Of a stretch of DNA of 64,000 nt, positions 48,965 to 63,690 are shown piece by piece. The stretch spans positions 33,232,001 to 33,296,000 of the forward strand of contig CM060732.1 of the NCBI GenBank assembly GCA_030704615.1, written 5' to 3'. The translations under genes were made by a program, and so were the position numbers. Within the stretch, counting starts at the first letter, position 1. Every line of letters starts with the position of its first letter. The notes under the pieces are model-generated. The model was not told where the DNA came from. It ran no database searches and saw only the letters and a program-made list of their open reading frames with translations. The stretch is from Takakia lepidozioides. Taxonomy: Eukaryota > Plantae > Bryophyta.

Positions 48965-51483
48965 TATGAGAGGAAAAGCCGTAACAGGCATGGATACCAT
49001 GTTTTTATTTTTGAGGTGAGGGAAGTGGGGACGTTGTCGTCAAAGAGTCGTGTGGCTGTCGGGGAGTTCCGTGTGGCTTGAAGGCTCAAGCTTGACTTCG
49101 GGGCTTTGGCACTGTTTCGACATACAATATTTGTGAAGTCGCATAGATCTGCATTCTTCCGCTCTGCTGATTGGCCATATTGGGCCTCCGCTTTTTGTAA
49201 CATTCATGGACTGTAAGAGTTTTATCTAGAGTAAAGATTCAGATCTTGCATGATTCCATTGCCTGTGATGACTCTATCATCACCAGTTGATAAGACTTAA
49301 CTAAATCAGGAGTCGTCAACATATTTTGTGGTAACTGTACTGCATGCTGCAAGGCCTTCAACATGGGCAGGGAAGAATCTACAGGAATTTTGCACAATTT
49401 AAGGGTCTGATTTTCACACCTGGTCTCACATGTGCACGCCAGTTCCATTTGTGAGGCCCGCTGCAAGATGTACTAATATATTTAACTTCTGCACTTTGTA
49501 TGATCTGAGAGGCCAAGTACGGTCACTTTTCAACTCTGGGCACCTCGAGGAGACCCTCGTAAGTACTTGAATCAAGGAAGTTAAATTATATACTACGCGG
49601 GCGTGAATTGAAGTTAAAAGCATCAACAAACTTGCACATGATTCAAGAACGTCTACAGGTATCTCAATCCAAACAGTCGGCGGAAATGCTCACAACAGCT
49701 GGTGTCCAGATGAAGATTTGTGGCTACATTGATGAAATGGTCGATACTTTGTACATGTACACAAGTAGCAGCTCGACCTCTTCAAGTTTCAATTGAGAGT
49801 CTAATGGAACTGAAATGTACATGTATATCGAATGTCTAGCTAGAACTCGTGCGGTCCACACTCACGGACCAAGAACAGAACGTAAGAAACGGCATTACTG
49901 TCAAACTCTCAGTGATTCAACAATTTGTCCGAGCTCAATGTAAGAGCTAGAGAAGAGAGAGATTTTGGACCTTGTACTTAAGATTTGAAATGTATGTCAT
50001 GGCCCGAACACATACAGTTCGTTTTGTTCCATCCCGCCAAGAAAATTTACAGAGCCAACTGCTCTATATGCAGTTCGGGCTGCCAAATGGACTGAACAAT
50101 ATTGACCGGGACAGAGCCCAAGAGTACCTTGGCTCTGCACAGTAAGGCATAAACACCCTGGAACTACCAGGCCGCCTTCTCAAGGAAGGGATATAGACAG
50201 TTTCGTTTGTGAGGTGAACCTTCAGCTTGTCATGCTGGGCCCGGCCCCTTCCCTCTCAGAACTCCTTCTTTTCGTCAGGTGCCTGAAGCAAGAAGTTTAA
50301 GCCCTCCTTGTTTGGTCGTCTGTTAGTTGGCCCATGTCTCCTTTATCGACGATCGTGCAGGCTGGAGGAAGTGGCAAGATCTCCTTCATCTAGTTGTGTG
50401 CACAACTTGATATTTCATAAGCTCTTCGAGTAGGGGAGGGTCGTCCATCCATCGATCAAATTGTGCGATCTCTTGAACAAGGGTGATAATTGACGCTCGA
50501 CTACAGACTTAAACGATGTATTCTCCAAGGGTGAATGCTGCAGGCCTATGGAAATCTGAATTGCGGTGTTAATGCCACCAGAGATCCAGTGCACAACAAG
50601 TACTAAATGCATGATTCAATTTCCCCATTGCCGATTTAGCTACACTAGTTACTGGCATAGAATGATCATCAGATCCCTGAAACCCCAGAAGTCAGGGCGA
50701 TACATTCTCAGCTCATCAAGCAAGGTTTTCCTAATCCGCACCCAAGTTCCGTGAGCGGAATCTTATGGATACTTACTGCGCTATGTTGGCCAGCTGTAGC
50801 TTCACTGTTCGCCACCTCGCTTCCAACCACCCCGCACACCATGTACTTACCAAACCCAACTGCGACCTTTACAGCCATGGTGGGGCCGCCATGTCGTTCT
50901 CAGTGCCTCATCTCTGGAGGAGATACCCTGTGTGGGTCTTGTGTGCAGGAGCGTACAGTGCATTATTGCGTGAAAAGCACAAGTTGTTATTCACACATCT
51001 ACTACGGCCCTCTCTCCACGATAGTCATGAGCGCTAGAGTGTGTGATACCCAAGCTGCAGACTCGAAAATCATATGAGCGTCTGTCTGTAGGCACGTACG
51101 TAGGGTGTGAGAAACAAACTGCATTCAAAGCTCATGTATCATCATCTCTCCACCAGTTCGATCATTACTCTCACTCCCCACAGTGGTGTTTTGTTGACAG
51201 GTTGGCCAGCGGTCTTTTTTTGGAAATTTGGAAAATAGCATGAGTGGCTACTGAGTTTTGTAGCAAATAGTCGTATATTCTGTTCATCCATTGAAATTTG
51301 GATAGAATCATCCCTTCAATGTAGTTTCATCCACTGATATCATCCATGGTTGGAAAATTCATCCATAATTTGATTTTTATTTGGATATGTTTGGAAATTT
51401 CATCAATGAGAAAACAGGGAATTTGTGACAGAATATTCTATTCTATCTTTTGAGGTCAAAATTTGGTGTTTTGTTTTGTTTTG

Positions 51484-54092
51484 TTTTTTTTTTTTTTTTT
51501 CCCTCATAAATAGGGGGATTTGTATCCCTGGAGAACTTTATTATCGTAAGGAAAAAATAACCTTACATAGAGCCATAAGATGGAGTAAAGAGGTTCCACT
51601 CTCTGACCATTCAACAGGGAAGAGAGGTAGAGACCAGGCAAGGATTGGCAAGGATTGGCAAATACGACTAAGTAGAGGAAGAAAGAACCAACTACCAACT
51701 GCACTACATGCTGCAATAGAGGCAGTAAGAGGGGAAGCTACAGAATACATAACAAGCTAAGATAAGGAGGTCACTGCAAGGAGGCAGATCATGCTGAAGA
51801 AGGATGAAGCTAAAAGGGAAGATCCACTAAAGAAGCTTTAAACCGTTCACAAAAACCAGCTTAAATCAATTACATGCTACCCCATTTCCGCTTCGGTGCA
51901 TGAAGGATAACTGTGTTTTTGATTTGCCTTTCCGCGAGCTACGTTTGTGTCTCCAGTTGACCTCCGAGTCATCTGCATCCAAGGGAGACTTCTTTGCACT
52001 AAGATTGCTACCAGCAGGAAGGGAAGTTGTCTGTCCAAACCATCTTAGAGTCTGAAAGTCTTCTGCCGAAGATGCCATATTTCCGTTGTCGAATGAGGCA
52101 AGCAGCTAGTTCCTCTTTGATTCACAACACCTGGGAAGAGTTGTGACAATGACAAGCCACGCCTTGCGGGCCTCAGACACCAAGTCTGAATGAGCCCAAT
52201 ACAATATACTCTCTGCAAACACGGATTCTCATTTTGGAAGACAACTCTACATCTCATCTTCCAAATATTCCACAAAATAATCCCTCTTAATGACTCCCAC
52301 ACAGGACATGAGCAGAAGTTCCTACCCTCCTTAACATTCAACAAAAGAGCAGTAGGAGAGTATGTTAGGTTGGGGTTCCAAATGGAATTGAAGGTGAAAG
52401 CTTTCCTCCAAACAAACTGAACAAAGGGGCAATCCATCAGACAATGCTCCACACTTTTGGGTGCTTGCAGATTGCAGGAGGCACATGAATCAGGGGAGTC
52501 AGAGAAGACCGTGGCCACTGGCAGAATTCGATTAGCGATTTTCCATAAAAATGCAGCCACTTTGGAAGCCATGTGCTTCTTCCAAATATCTTTCTAGACC
52601 ACTTTCCATGGAATCGGGGGGCCTGGTAGATGAGCCCATTTGCTGCTCCATTTACGTTCAAAGCGTCTCCTAGGCAACAACAGGGAATAGCCCAATTTCA
52701 CCGAGTAGTTCAGGAAGGGTTCATGAGTTTTGTTCCTCCACATCCACTCCCCTGGATCAAATTGAAGAAGCTTCAATGGTGCAAATAGGAACCAACAGAA
52801 CGAACCACTATAATGGAATAGGTTGGGTGGTGGGGGAGGGCTGGGTTTTCCCGTGAGAAGGCAGCAAACCCTTATCTCATAACAGATCTGAGCATCCTAG
52901 ATAGTATTAATCTTAGGATCGAATAGAAACCCATCCTTCCCAACCTTGAAGCAAGTACTAGACAGAAAATTGTTGTCCAAGGATTCAGACTGACCTACTG
53001 TCACAACCTCACCTGAAAAAGCTGCCTGGCTATTTTTGGTTTTTCTAATGGATCGGAGGAAGATTGCCCATGATAGCCTCCCATCCCAAGGAAACCCGGC
53101 TGGTGCGGGGTATGGCCGTAGTGACATGGTGCCTAGCAATATGACTCCAAGGGCTAGATAACTGCTTCAGCATTCTGGGCACCCACTTCGCAAGGAGGGC
53201 AGTGATTTGGAGCTGAGGGTCCAACACACCGAGACCACCATGTTTTTTGCTTTGACAGAGTTGGTCCCTGCAGCTAACAAGAGCTCTCTTGTTTGGTGAT
53301 GTCGGTGTAGCTCCCCAGATAAAATTTCTCATTAGCAATTTTATTTGCTTGGTAATTGGAGCACCAGGGTCCCAAACTGCAGCCGGAAACTAGATTGAAG
53401 CTTCAAGAACTTGGTTCACTATTAAGGCCTTGCCAATGATGGACAATGAAACCGAACACCAAAAGGAAAGCCTCCTCTTGAGCTTCACAAGAACAGCTGC
53501 AAACCTGTCCTCATTTTTTAAGTTGGTGCCAATCAAGTGACCAAGAAGCTCATGGGCTTGGCCATCTTGCAGCCAAGTCGGGCCCAAGTCCATTCCCAAG
53601 GATCGCAGTGTTGCGTCGGGGAGGAATCCAAGATGAGGCTCCGCAGACCAACCGACTTAACTCCAATTGATTTTGAGCCCAGAGGCTCCACAAAAGGTGG
53701 ACAACGAGCTAAGGGTGGATTCCCACATTAAACCTTTGGTTGTTGTCAATAATCAACGTTGTGTCATCTGCATACAAGGAAGATTTGATGGAGGATGCAA
53801 GGCTGTCATGGCCAGAGGTGGGTATAACCAGGCCCAACGAATTATTTTATCAATTAGGTGACTCAACCCATCAGCAGCTATCAAGAACAAGAAGGATGCA
53901 AGGGGGCAGCCTTGTCTCACCGACTTGAAAAGCGGAAAGGCTTTAGAGATAAGCCCATTGATCATGACCCTGCTGGAAGCAGAAGATAGGAGAATATTAA
54001 TCCACTTTAGAAAGTTCCTTGAGATACAAACAGCCTGGAGAGCACCCAAAAGGTAGGTCCAATTTATATTATCAAAGGCTTTCTCAAAGTCT
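51484..54092 (-). mobile_element. 5'-truncated L1-clade LINE (RT + zf-RVT) with poly(A) tail
   Basis: DFEKAFD at ~54070-54091; SVRQGCPLASFLF; KVAAFLWKIANRILPV...CASC...SVEHCLMDC. AATAAA on - at ~51540 and an A-tract (T run on + at 51484-51500). Frameshifted. Confidence 0.88.
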
Positions 54093-55048
54093 GATGTTGG
54101 ATTTTTTTTTGTTTTTTTAAGAAAAGGGGAAGGGAGGCTATGTTAATTTGGTGATTATTCGCCAAAAAAATGGCTGAGGTCGGTGTATCTTTTTTCTGAC
54201 AAGTTTTGTTTCTTTTGACTTTCACTATGACAGACAACTTTGAGAAAATGCATTTCTCCCCTTTCAATTTAAAAAACACAAAATGCCTTTCATATGACAG
54301 ATTGACAATTTTTGACCTTTCACACAACCATATCATATTAAATTATAGATTAATATCAGGATGTGACCCAGAATCATTTGGGTGGCACCGAGTGCTCAGT
54401 GAACTGTCCTGTACCGGCCCGAGTATTGAGTTCGTGGGGTCTACCGGGAAAGAGATTGATCCGAAAGCAACAACGATTGCTAAAGTAAAGTGCGTGTGTG
54501 TGTGGAGAAAGCTCCCAGTGACGTGGTCACCGACTCGCACATGAATTTATGAATCCTCGTGGTCACATCAGATTCCAGTCGATTCCAGTCGATTCCAGCC
54601 ATTACTGGCATTATTCTGGATCTCACCTTGTATATGCTCTTCACTCGCTGGCCAGTACAGAGCAAGAGTGCGACGGGTTGAGTATTGGTGGGCCTTGAGT
54701 GTAGGTTACTGAAGATCAGTTTTTTCGTGTTGGAAGCAATGTTGGAAAATTAGCACTTGTTGTCCAGCGGGCTCCTCTTCTTCTACTGATCAGTAAGCCT
54801 GGTCGATCTGGTGCCCACTCTTCTCTCCTGGCCGGAGAAAATTTCAATGATCAATATATGTTTGGAAGGAGTGTCTCTCCTTAATCAATAGTTTCGTGTA
54901 GCATTGTGAAGCACAATCAGTACTGCGGATCCACCACCTTAAGGTCCAGGCAGCTGCACGGGAACTGGTTTCTTTTATTCAACACCTTGCTCGAGCTCAC
55001 GTTGTAGAGTCTGCAGAGTTAGTATTGGTCAATTCTTCGTTGGGAAAC

Positions 55049-57289
55049 ATGTCTCAGCTCATACGAAGTCTCAGGGGCTTTGTGGCTCTCCTGTTAAATC
55101 TTATCGTGATCTCTCTAGCGGTGGCGAACATGCAGACAACAATAGCAGGTCCCATTAAGACAGTGGTGGTGCTAGTGATGGAAAATCGATCATTCGATCA
55201 TATGCTAGGGTACATGAAGGCACTCAATCCCGAGATCGATGGCCTCACAGGGACGGAATCGAATCCACTTTCGTTGACAGAACAGAATTCCTCTCTTGTT
55301 CATGTCTCAAACAATGCTGTGTATGTTTCTCCTGGGGACCCGGGTCACTCATATCAAGCGATTGCATCGCAGATCTTTGGTAACAGTGATCAGACTTTGA
55401 CCACTCCTCCCCCCATGAATGGCTTTGCTGCCCAGGCAGAGAGTATGACTCCTGGATTCTCACAGACAACTATGAGTGCCTTCAAGCCCGAGGAAGTACC
55501 CATTCACACTACTCTGGGTCAACAGTTTGCGATTTTCGACAAGTGGTTTGCGTCGGTGCCGTCTTCTACGCAACCCAATCGACTGTATGTTCATTCTGCT
55601 ACCTCACATGGACTTATGTCCAACGACGAGACCATACTTTCTGCAGGTCTCCCTCAGAAGACCATTTTCGAGTCCATAGAAGACGCCGGTCTGTCGTTTG
55701 GCATTTACTACCAGCAGGTGCCCTCAACTCTTTACTACAGAAACCTTAGAAAGCTTAAATACGTTGACAAGTTTCACCTGTTTGATGTGCAATTCAAGAA
55801 CGATGCAAAGAATGGCAATCTGCCCACCTACACAGTGATCGAGCCACGCTATTTCGACTTGGTCGGTAGCCCAGGAAATGACGACCACCCATCCCATGAT
55901 GTTGCCGAAGGGCAACGGTTCATTAAGGAAGTGTATGAGAGCTTGAGAGCTGGCCCGCAATGGAATGAACTTCTTTTCATCATCACTTACGATGAGCATG
56001 GAGGGTTCTACGACCATGTACCAACGCCTGTGGCAAATGTTCCAAGTCCTGATGGACTGATTGGATCTGCTCCCCCCTACTCTTTCAACTTTAAGCGGTT
56101 GGGCGTACGAGTTCCCACGATCTTAGTTTCTCCCTGGATTGATGCAGGCACTGGTGAGTCACTGTTGCTTCGACTGAGCTTCGACTAGATTGTTTGTGAA
56201 AGTTCTCTTTTGGAATATAAATCTACCGAGCGAGCTAGAGATCTATCTTTCTGGTTGCATATATGCAAAGTTGTGTACAAATTCGAAGTTGGATCGATCG
56301 AATCAAATGGCTCTAAAACCCTGTTCTTTCCGTTGTCTAACAAAGAATCTACTGCACATGGCAGTCGTGCATGAGCCCCAGGGGCCAACCTCTGCTTCGC
56401 AGTATGAACATTCGTCCATTCCAGCAACCGTGCGAATATTATTCAATTTGTCCGACCCTTTCTTGACCGCGAGAGATGCATGGGCAGGCACTTTCGAGAA
56501 CATCCTTTCTACTCGCACCACTCCAAGGACTGATGCGCCAGGTTTGTGTTCCGCGAGTGTCCCGAATCCCTATTGTTGCAGATCGTGATGTTCCTCGCTA
56601 CTTCAGGACTGGCAATTAGTGCCTCCAGGGTTTAGAGAACTTGATCTTGAGCAACTGTTCACAATGTCTTGCTCTCTGGGTCATGTCCTTTCTCGTTCTA
56701 ATTTCGCAAGCCCTCGAGTTGAAATCTCTCACTCTGTCTCTTTCTTTTGGATGCTTTAGTGCATGATCCAGCTTTGAACGGGCACTCTTTTTAATTAGTG
56801 CCTCTCCCTTTCCATACAGTTTCAGGAATGCAAATACGGCTACGTACGAGCTTTCGAGGTTGGATGGGTCCCGTGTCCACGATATCTACGTCACCGTGCT
56901 CAAACTTTGCAACTGATTTAATTTTCAGGCTGGTCAACAGTAAGTCTAATCGATCGAGTTAGAGTTCGGTTGTTTACGGAAGCAGTACCTTATATCTTTC
57001 ATTTGTCTTATGTACAGTGACGTTACCTACCCCACCATCAACGCTCCGATTCACCTCAACTGATGAATCTGCTTCTACTACGGAGTTTCAAGAGGAAATT
57101 ATTTTGCTGGCATCGGTTCTCAAGGGGGATTACAACCTGCCATCATCCCCATCGCCTCAAGCCAGCAGACAGAAGATGACAGTGAGAGAGGGATTTACGT
57201 ATGCCACCGATGCAGTAGGACTCTATTTTGCAGCTGGGCGTGCTGCACTAAAGGCTGGGTTAAACCCAGAGACAGAAATCCAGGTGTAA
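55049..57289 (+). CDS. NPC: Non-specific phospholipase C (phosphoesterase family), 3 exons, with signal peptide
   Basis: Exons 55049-56153, 56365-56541 and 57018-57289 join in frame. Motifs [56 protein letters not shown]. Confidence 0.95.
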
Positions 57290-60200
57290 TGTAACATTTG
57301 GCCTTAGCTGATCTTTAGGTTATACGTGATTATACAGGCAGCTTGAATAACAATTAGGGAGTTCACATGCGTGCACAGCCTCCCTTGGGCAGATAACCAG
57401 TTCACGAATAGGGATGTGGCTGGACAAGTTCTTCATGGAACTCAAGTGCTGCATTCAAATGAAATTTTACACAAATGGCGGATCAATTCGCCCAGCCATA
57501 TTGAAGGCTTGAAAACTTTCCAGAGCTCGATTACAGTCCATTCAATTCTTCTTCTGAAGCAGTCTGTCTCTCCCGGGAAAATTCCATTTATCGAACTCAT
57601 CATAGAAATACTCGGTGAGCACTCCACCATGATTATGCCGAGGTGCACACGACCTATGACATGCAATTCTTTTACTATGTACTTTGCATAATTCAACCTA
57701 TGTACAATGGACATCTGATCAACATTTGATTGAAGCAAACATGTCATATTGCATGCACTCTGGATTCTCTTTACTATCTCTCCGATAAAGTGAACTATTG
57801 GTCCCGGGGGAGAATGTACAGTCTCAGGCTTGTTTCATGTTCCATTTCCAAGAGGTTTACTCTCTGCATGTAGAAGAATGTTGGGTATTTCTCTCACATT
57901 CAAGCTCCTGATGAAAATATTGGGTTCAGGACTATATACATACATGTTGTACCTTCAGTCGAGCAACCGTTTCCTTGGAAGTGGTGTAGCCCGGGCGAAC
58001 CTGGAAGGTGAAGGGATTGTCTAGGCTTCGGATCGTTCGAATTCCAACCTCCTCAGGTCTGCTTAGACTGTTACATCTCGCATGAATTCGTGGTCACGAG
58101 CTTATAATTTGTATATTAAGCTAGATGCAGGCACTCACTGGAATGGTGAACGTTGGAATCCTGCAGCGCTGCAGAAGTGGTCGAAGTTGGAGTACAGTGC
58201 ACTATCATATATTTATGTAAATGAGGGATGTGCGGGCACCTAACAACAATGATACGAAGGGGAAAGGAAAGATGCAGGACCACCCGGTTAACGATATGGA
58301 ATGTAGTTCCATGTCAAACCCGCCTACATTACAGGTGGGCCGCCAGGCTGATCTGCCCACCTCCAGCATGCAGGGTCCGCAATATCAATGTTCAAGGTCA
58401 AGTCTAGAGCTGAAGCAGTTTCTGCCTGATTATTCTTGTGATGAGGTCGCAGACGTGTTGCAAGATAATCCTGCAAAAGATAAAGAGACGAAGGAGCCAA
58501 CTGGTGAAGAACACCGACTGACCGAGCAGTCACTGCTAGCCACGCAGCACGAGCTTACAATTGGCCACTGTACGCCAAGATTACCCCAGGGGGGGCAAAC
58601 GAGCTCGGAACGGATGCCATGGTCCGTGATGCAATCTGGCGGAGACTGTCCTGATCCAGACATTGAGCGAGAAGAATACGACGAATTGATTAACGAAGAG
58701 CTAATTGAGGGGAGGTAGTGAATTAGTTGACGAGTACGCAGCTCTGGTACTAATTATTGAGCAGCAAGTGCAAATCCTGATCGTGCTTTCCTTCTTCTTT
58801 CTGCTCCTTACGGTGCCAAGCTAACATTACATGTATATTCAAGTGCAATAGTTTAAATTTGTCGCAACATTAATATCTTGTTGAAGGGAATCGAGCTGAG
58901 CACTTTCGGTCGTAATTACATGTTTCAGTCCATACCGTATGTGCAGACCAGCAATGCATGCAGGACAATCTCAGGTTTTCGTGCGTGCACTTGATGTGCA
59001 AATCTTCAGTTCCTGTTGGAATAGATCAGTCCGTGGATCAAAACTTTCTAGATCATGTTAATCTGCACCAAGTTTGAACATTCTACTGTCTGTGTACCAA
59101 GGGGCACCCAGACACCTTTTTCTAGGCTCGGATCCTTACTAATGCTTGACTTGTAACTCAAATTGATGAATCTCTGAAACTCATACATATGAGTAGTACT
59201 TACGCCGATCTCGACAAGGTTGTTACAGTACCAGGAGATCCCTGCACCAGCTCTACTTGGTGTGGAAACCAACGTTAACCCAGCTTGAAACTGTTGAGAT
59301 CACTTTCAAGACAATTAGTTAGAAATTCACGAACTAGACCTGTACAGTGCATTGAATGGGGCATGTACATACACGAACGTTGATTAAAGTTCGAGATCAT
59401 CAAAGGATTTCTTTAATCAATTGCACATCCTGCAAGATCAGAGGATAACAATTTACTAAGAACTTCGGAAGTATTTAAAAACGGAATGTTGATCGGACAA
59501 CGGATCGTGAATACATTCCATTTTCCCCCGGTAGTTCGTGTTCGTCGTTGGCGTTCATTCCCCGTTCACTCCTTGAGCAACATGGACTGCACACCACTCA
59601 AATGCCCTCCACTTCGAGTTGACCAGTGCCTGAAAAAATTCCAGATGCCCCATCTCAAGCCTTCTTCTTGAATATACCTCACGAATATATGTAAGTTGCA
59701 ACGAAATACATTGATAATTTTTTTTTATGTAGATAGATAATGCCCGACTTCGAACCCTGCGGACGTCAATTTAGCGTTTACTCGTTCACTCGGCTTGCAA
59801 ACTTTCACTCACTCTAGTCATCAATACAACTTACTCTCACTTCGGCACCCATCAACCTCTTCTTTTTCCGAACAAAACTATCGCCAGCTGAACAATCACA
59901 CTTTCTTTCAACGTTGCATCACTTTCCGGGACCACATCAATTTCTGTTCAACAGTATTCTACTTTTCAGGGTACCGGGTTCTGCTTAATGTGGCCAAATA
60001 AGTCACATTCTCACCCGAACTCTCAGCCCGCCAACTAACGATAAACAATCTGAACACGAGGGATTCGAATCTGAACAATACTAACCATCAGCACCGCCAG
60101 CATGTTTCACAGCAAATTGGTGTCATTGAGCAAGAACAAGAACAGTGAACAATGCATCACGTCACGGAACTGAGAATGATGATCAGTTAGGCTTATTGAA

Positions 60201-60568
60201 TTTCGGGAACAATTTAGGTGTGATTGCAATGGGATGTTGTTGTTTGTTTGGGGGTTAAGCAAATTCATGAGGCTGAATGCCATAATGATCACTGCATCAT
60301 TGTGAGCAGGGCAGAGAGAGGGCAAGTGGAAATATGAAGTTTTAGTTTGTGGGTTGCAAGGATTTTGGTTGAAGCATGTTCCTGCCGATAGATGGAGCAA
60401 GGGTCCGGAATAGGGTTGAGGGATCCACCGGGAAGAGAGTATCGGAGCCTTCACAGTGTTGTAGTTTGCGCCATCCTTCATTTCAAGGAATTCAGCCTGG
60501 AGACTGTGTTGCTGGCATTTCCTGGCAGGCACTTGAGCTTGAGAAGGAAGAGTTTGTGAGTCTAGTTC

Positions 60569-63500
60569 ATGGTTTCTGGTACGTGGCCACGCAGTTTATG
60601 GGGTCGCTTTGATATGTTTCGCTCTGATTATGTCAGTCACTGTGCATGGAGACAAAAAATAGTCATCAACTCTGCAGAAGAGCAACCCTGGAGTTTCAAG
60701 GCCTTTCTAGGCAGCGATTCAAGCTTCATTCCTGGAGCGCGTGGGGCAGCAACATGGCGCGAAGGTGTATTGGGATTTGGCAGAAAGACAAGGACTGTAG
60801 CAGGAAAGCGCTTGAGCTTGGGATGGGACACGGTAGAGGGAGCAGCAGGAAACGGGAAGAATGGGTTTGGAAAGTCTCTGAGGAATATCGAAGAGCCCAG
60901 CAGGGCGTGGACTATCGTTGGAGGATTTCTTGATGATCACACACCTAATAAGCGTAGTGTATCCACCAGGGTACTTAGCAGCTGCAAGAGCGAAGTGAAA
61001 TTGATGGGGAGAATAGGCAGCGGGAGGGGCGGGGGCCAGAATTTTGGCAGCTTACTGGTATTTTCTATGAAGCTCGGTGCGGAACCCGAGGACTTTAGTA
61101 GAAGATCTGTGCCTGGTGCGCGCGGTTTGTCCATGGTAGCAGAGGCTGGCAAGGATATGGTGGGGCTTGGCCGTAAGAAGGTTGGTTCCAAAAGCAAGGT
61201 CCACTGGGTTTGTGAGAATTGTGGGGAATCCTATTCACAGTGGTGGGGGGAGTGCAAAAACTGCAAGGAGATGAACACCTTGAAGCAATTCAGGGAACAA
61301 TCTTCAGCTTCGGGGAAGGGAGGGGGCGCGGCTGCCAGGGCAGTTGGGCTCCTGGGGTCAGGGTCTTTGAGGAAAGTAAGTGAGGGTGTTGAGACACAGG
61401 GAGCTGTGAATTCTCCTCGAACTGGTGGTCGTGCTTGGCTTGAGAATGTTGGAGGAGGACCTCAGCGGCTGGCGGATGTGGCTAAAGGCCATTCGCAGCT
61501 TCACTGGCGGTTACCTCTGTACAATCTCTAACTTTGTCTCTCTCTTTTCGCCCTGCTTTGAATGGCAGTGCTATCACACCCTCTTTTGACACATTTGTGT
61601 AAGATAGAGGCTAAAGTAGAAATAGATGATCATCACTCCCTGGGCTATGGCAAATTCAGGCTAAATTTCCATACCTGGAGGGGTAAAACCGCTCGACTCT
61701 CTCAACCTGAGGGTGCTAGGCCCTCAAGGGTATGTCATAGCCAACAGGATCCGACGAGTCCCACTTCTTTATCACTCTCTCTGCTGCACTATTGCTCAAT
61801 TTGAAATGCTTATGTTTGGGGTCAGCCAGTGGTAAACTCTTTGAAGTTGAGGACTGTTGGCTGTGAGAGAGCTATGCTAGTTCTACATTGAATTGTCAGC
61901 CAACTCGGAAGGGTTTTTGTTCCGTTCATGCCCACAAAGCACTACAATGTATGAGCACATGGCTCCCTCTTTTCCTGCTCCTTGTGATTTTCTTTAACCA
62001 GGGTAGTATCTTTTTTCTCCAGTATCTCATTTGAATTTTAGAATCCCACCAAAAGACAGTACTGTGTACTTTCATTGTTAAGAAAATCAAGTATGAAATC
62101 TGAACATTGGAGCTAGGATGGAATTGCAAGTTTAAATACCCAACTTGCAAGCTTATTTTCCTTGTTTTCATTGTTTTTTTATATTTGTTTTGGAGGGGTT
62201 AAGGGGTAGATTTTATTGACTACAATGACTACTTTTTGGAGCAGGCCTGGGGACACTGGGAAGGAAGTTGCAAGGGTGTTAGGTGGAGGCCTTGTGCCAG
62301 GTATGCCTAATCTCAACGTAAGTTCTCGAAGTGCTACAGTGTGCTGTACTTGGTCCTTAATCACTTGACATATTCTTGTAGTCATAAGTATAGGTCATTA
62401 CAATCGAGCCAACATCCAATGAGGGACTGTTATTGGGCTGGCCTGGATGCAGAGCCCATAGAGTGGGCTGGCCAGGAATGTTAGTAGTTAAGTTACATCC
62501 AGCCCAGCAGTATTGTGCTCAATAGAGAACTGATGATGCACAAAATTTGATCTAGGGAAGGTTCTTAACTCCTCAAGTGGAGTCTGGCTTCTTTCAACTC
62601 CTACTGCTGAGCATTAGAGCTTCCTATTTCAGGAATCAAGATTAATCTCATTGTGGCGATGTGGTGACTGGCCTCTCAGGATCATTGATCCTTGTTGGTG
62701 GGGACCCTGGAGTCGGAAAAAGCACTCTCCTTTTGCAGGTACAGCTATTCTGCTTCTCCCCTCTCTCCTCTGTGGACGTAATAAAGTTCGTTCTCTCTCC
62801 CTCAATTCTCAACTCCATCTCTGTTATAACCAGGTTGTTGTCAACTGGTGGTGAAGACACTGCCCCCAGGGTCCCACCCAACAGTTATGGTGAACAAAGT
62901 GCATCCTTGCACTTGTTTTCTTGCCTAGTACAGTAGGGACGATGCCAATTCCTACCAGTTGCTGGAGAAGGTTCACTTTGCCCAGGTCCATGGGTGAACT
63001 GTAATTCATTTCTCACTTCACTTCCCCATATGTTTCTCTGGAGGGACCCTCAAGAATAACTAGTTCAGGTCAGAAAGGGATCTATTTGACTTTGTACTCT
63101 CTAAGGGCCTTTATTCGGGTCCTGAAGCCAAGTAGGTGTTAAGCTCATGTAAGTCTTGGTCTGTAAGGAGGTGATCCTGGTCTCCCCTCCCAGCTGTGGA
63201 ATCACCAGTGTCTGTTGTCTGTGAACTAAAGGGAAATTTGTGGTTTAAAGCACACTACCAGTTCCAGGATGGAGATCCTGCAGGTTTCCCTAAGGATATG
63301 CCATATGCGTCAGTCAATGTGTGTATTGTCTCTGTTTTCTTGCTGATGCTGCCCATATTGTGCTATAATGCAGCTTGCAGGGATTATAGCAGAGGGTTCT
63401 GAGGCATATGGGCCTGCTCCCGTCCTCTATGTTTCTGGTGAAGAGGTAGGTCTTAATGGCTGTTGTGAATAAATTTTTATTTATTCATCTGTGGATTGAC

Positions 63501-63690
63501 TACGCCTGCAATGCATCATTTTCCTCTTCCAACCTGTTTCTCCTTCTTCCGTTTCCCGGTACTGATCACAACTCTTTCAAATGACTCTTTTTGGGGTGGG
63601 GACCAGAGTGTGGAGCAAATCAGCAGCAGGGCTAACAGATTGAACATAAGTGCGCACGATCTGTTTCTCTATTCAGCCACTGACCTCGAG
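60569..63690 (+). CDS. RADA: DNA repair protein RadA/Sms homolog (plant organellar type); partial, continues beyond the last exon identified
   Basis: C4 Zn finger VCENCGESYSQWWGECKNC. Exons ending 61518, 62245-62300 (EVARVLGGGLVPG), 62680-62738 (Walker A GDPGVGKST), 63374-63445 (VLYVSGEE) and 63607-63690. Long N-terminal extension; start codon uncertain. Confidence 0.92.

Noticed and set aside
58221-58718. 165-aa + strand ORF between NPC and RadA
   Set aside because: Disordered-looking with no recognisable domain or support. It cannot be called a gene without expression or homology data.
60569-63690. RadA/Sms or NPC as recent horizontal transfers linked to the ParB-MTase element
   Set aside because: Both are standard intron-containing land-plant genes lying ~40 kb or more from the MULE, with no evidence of functional linkage.
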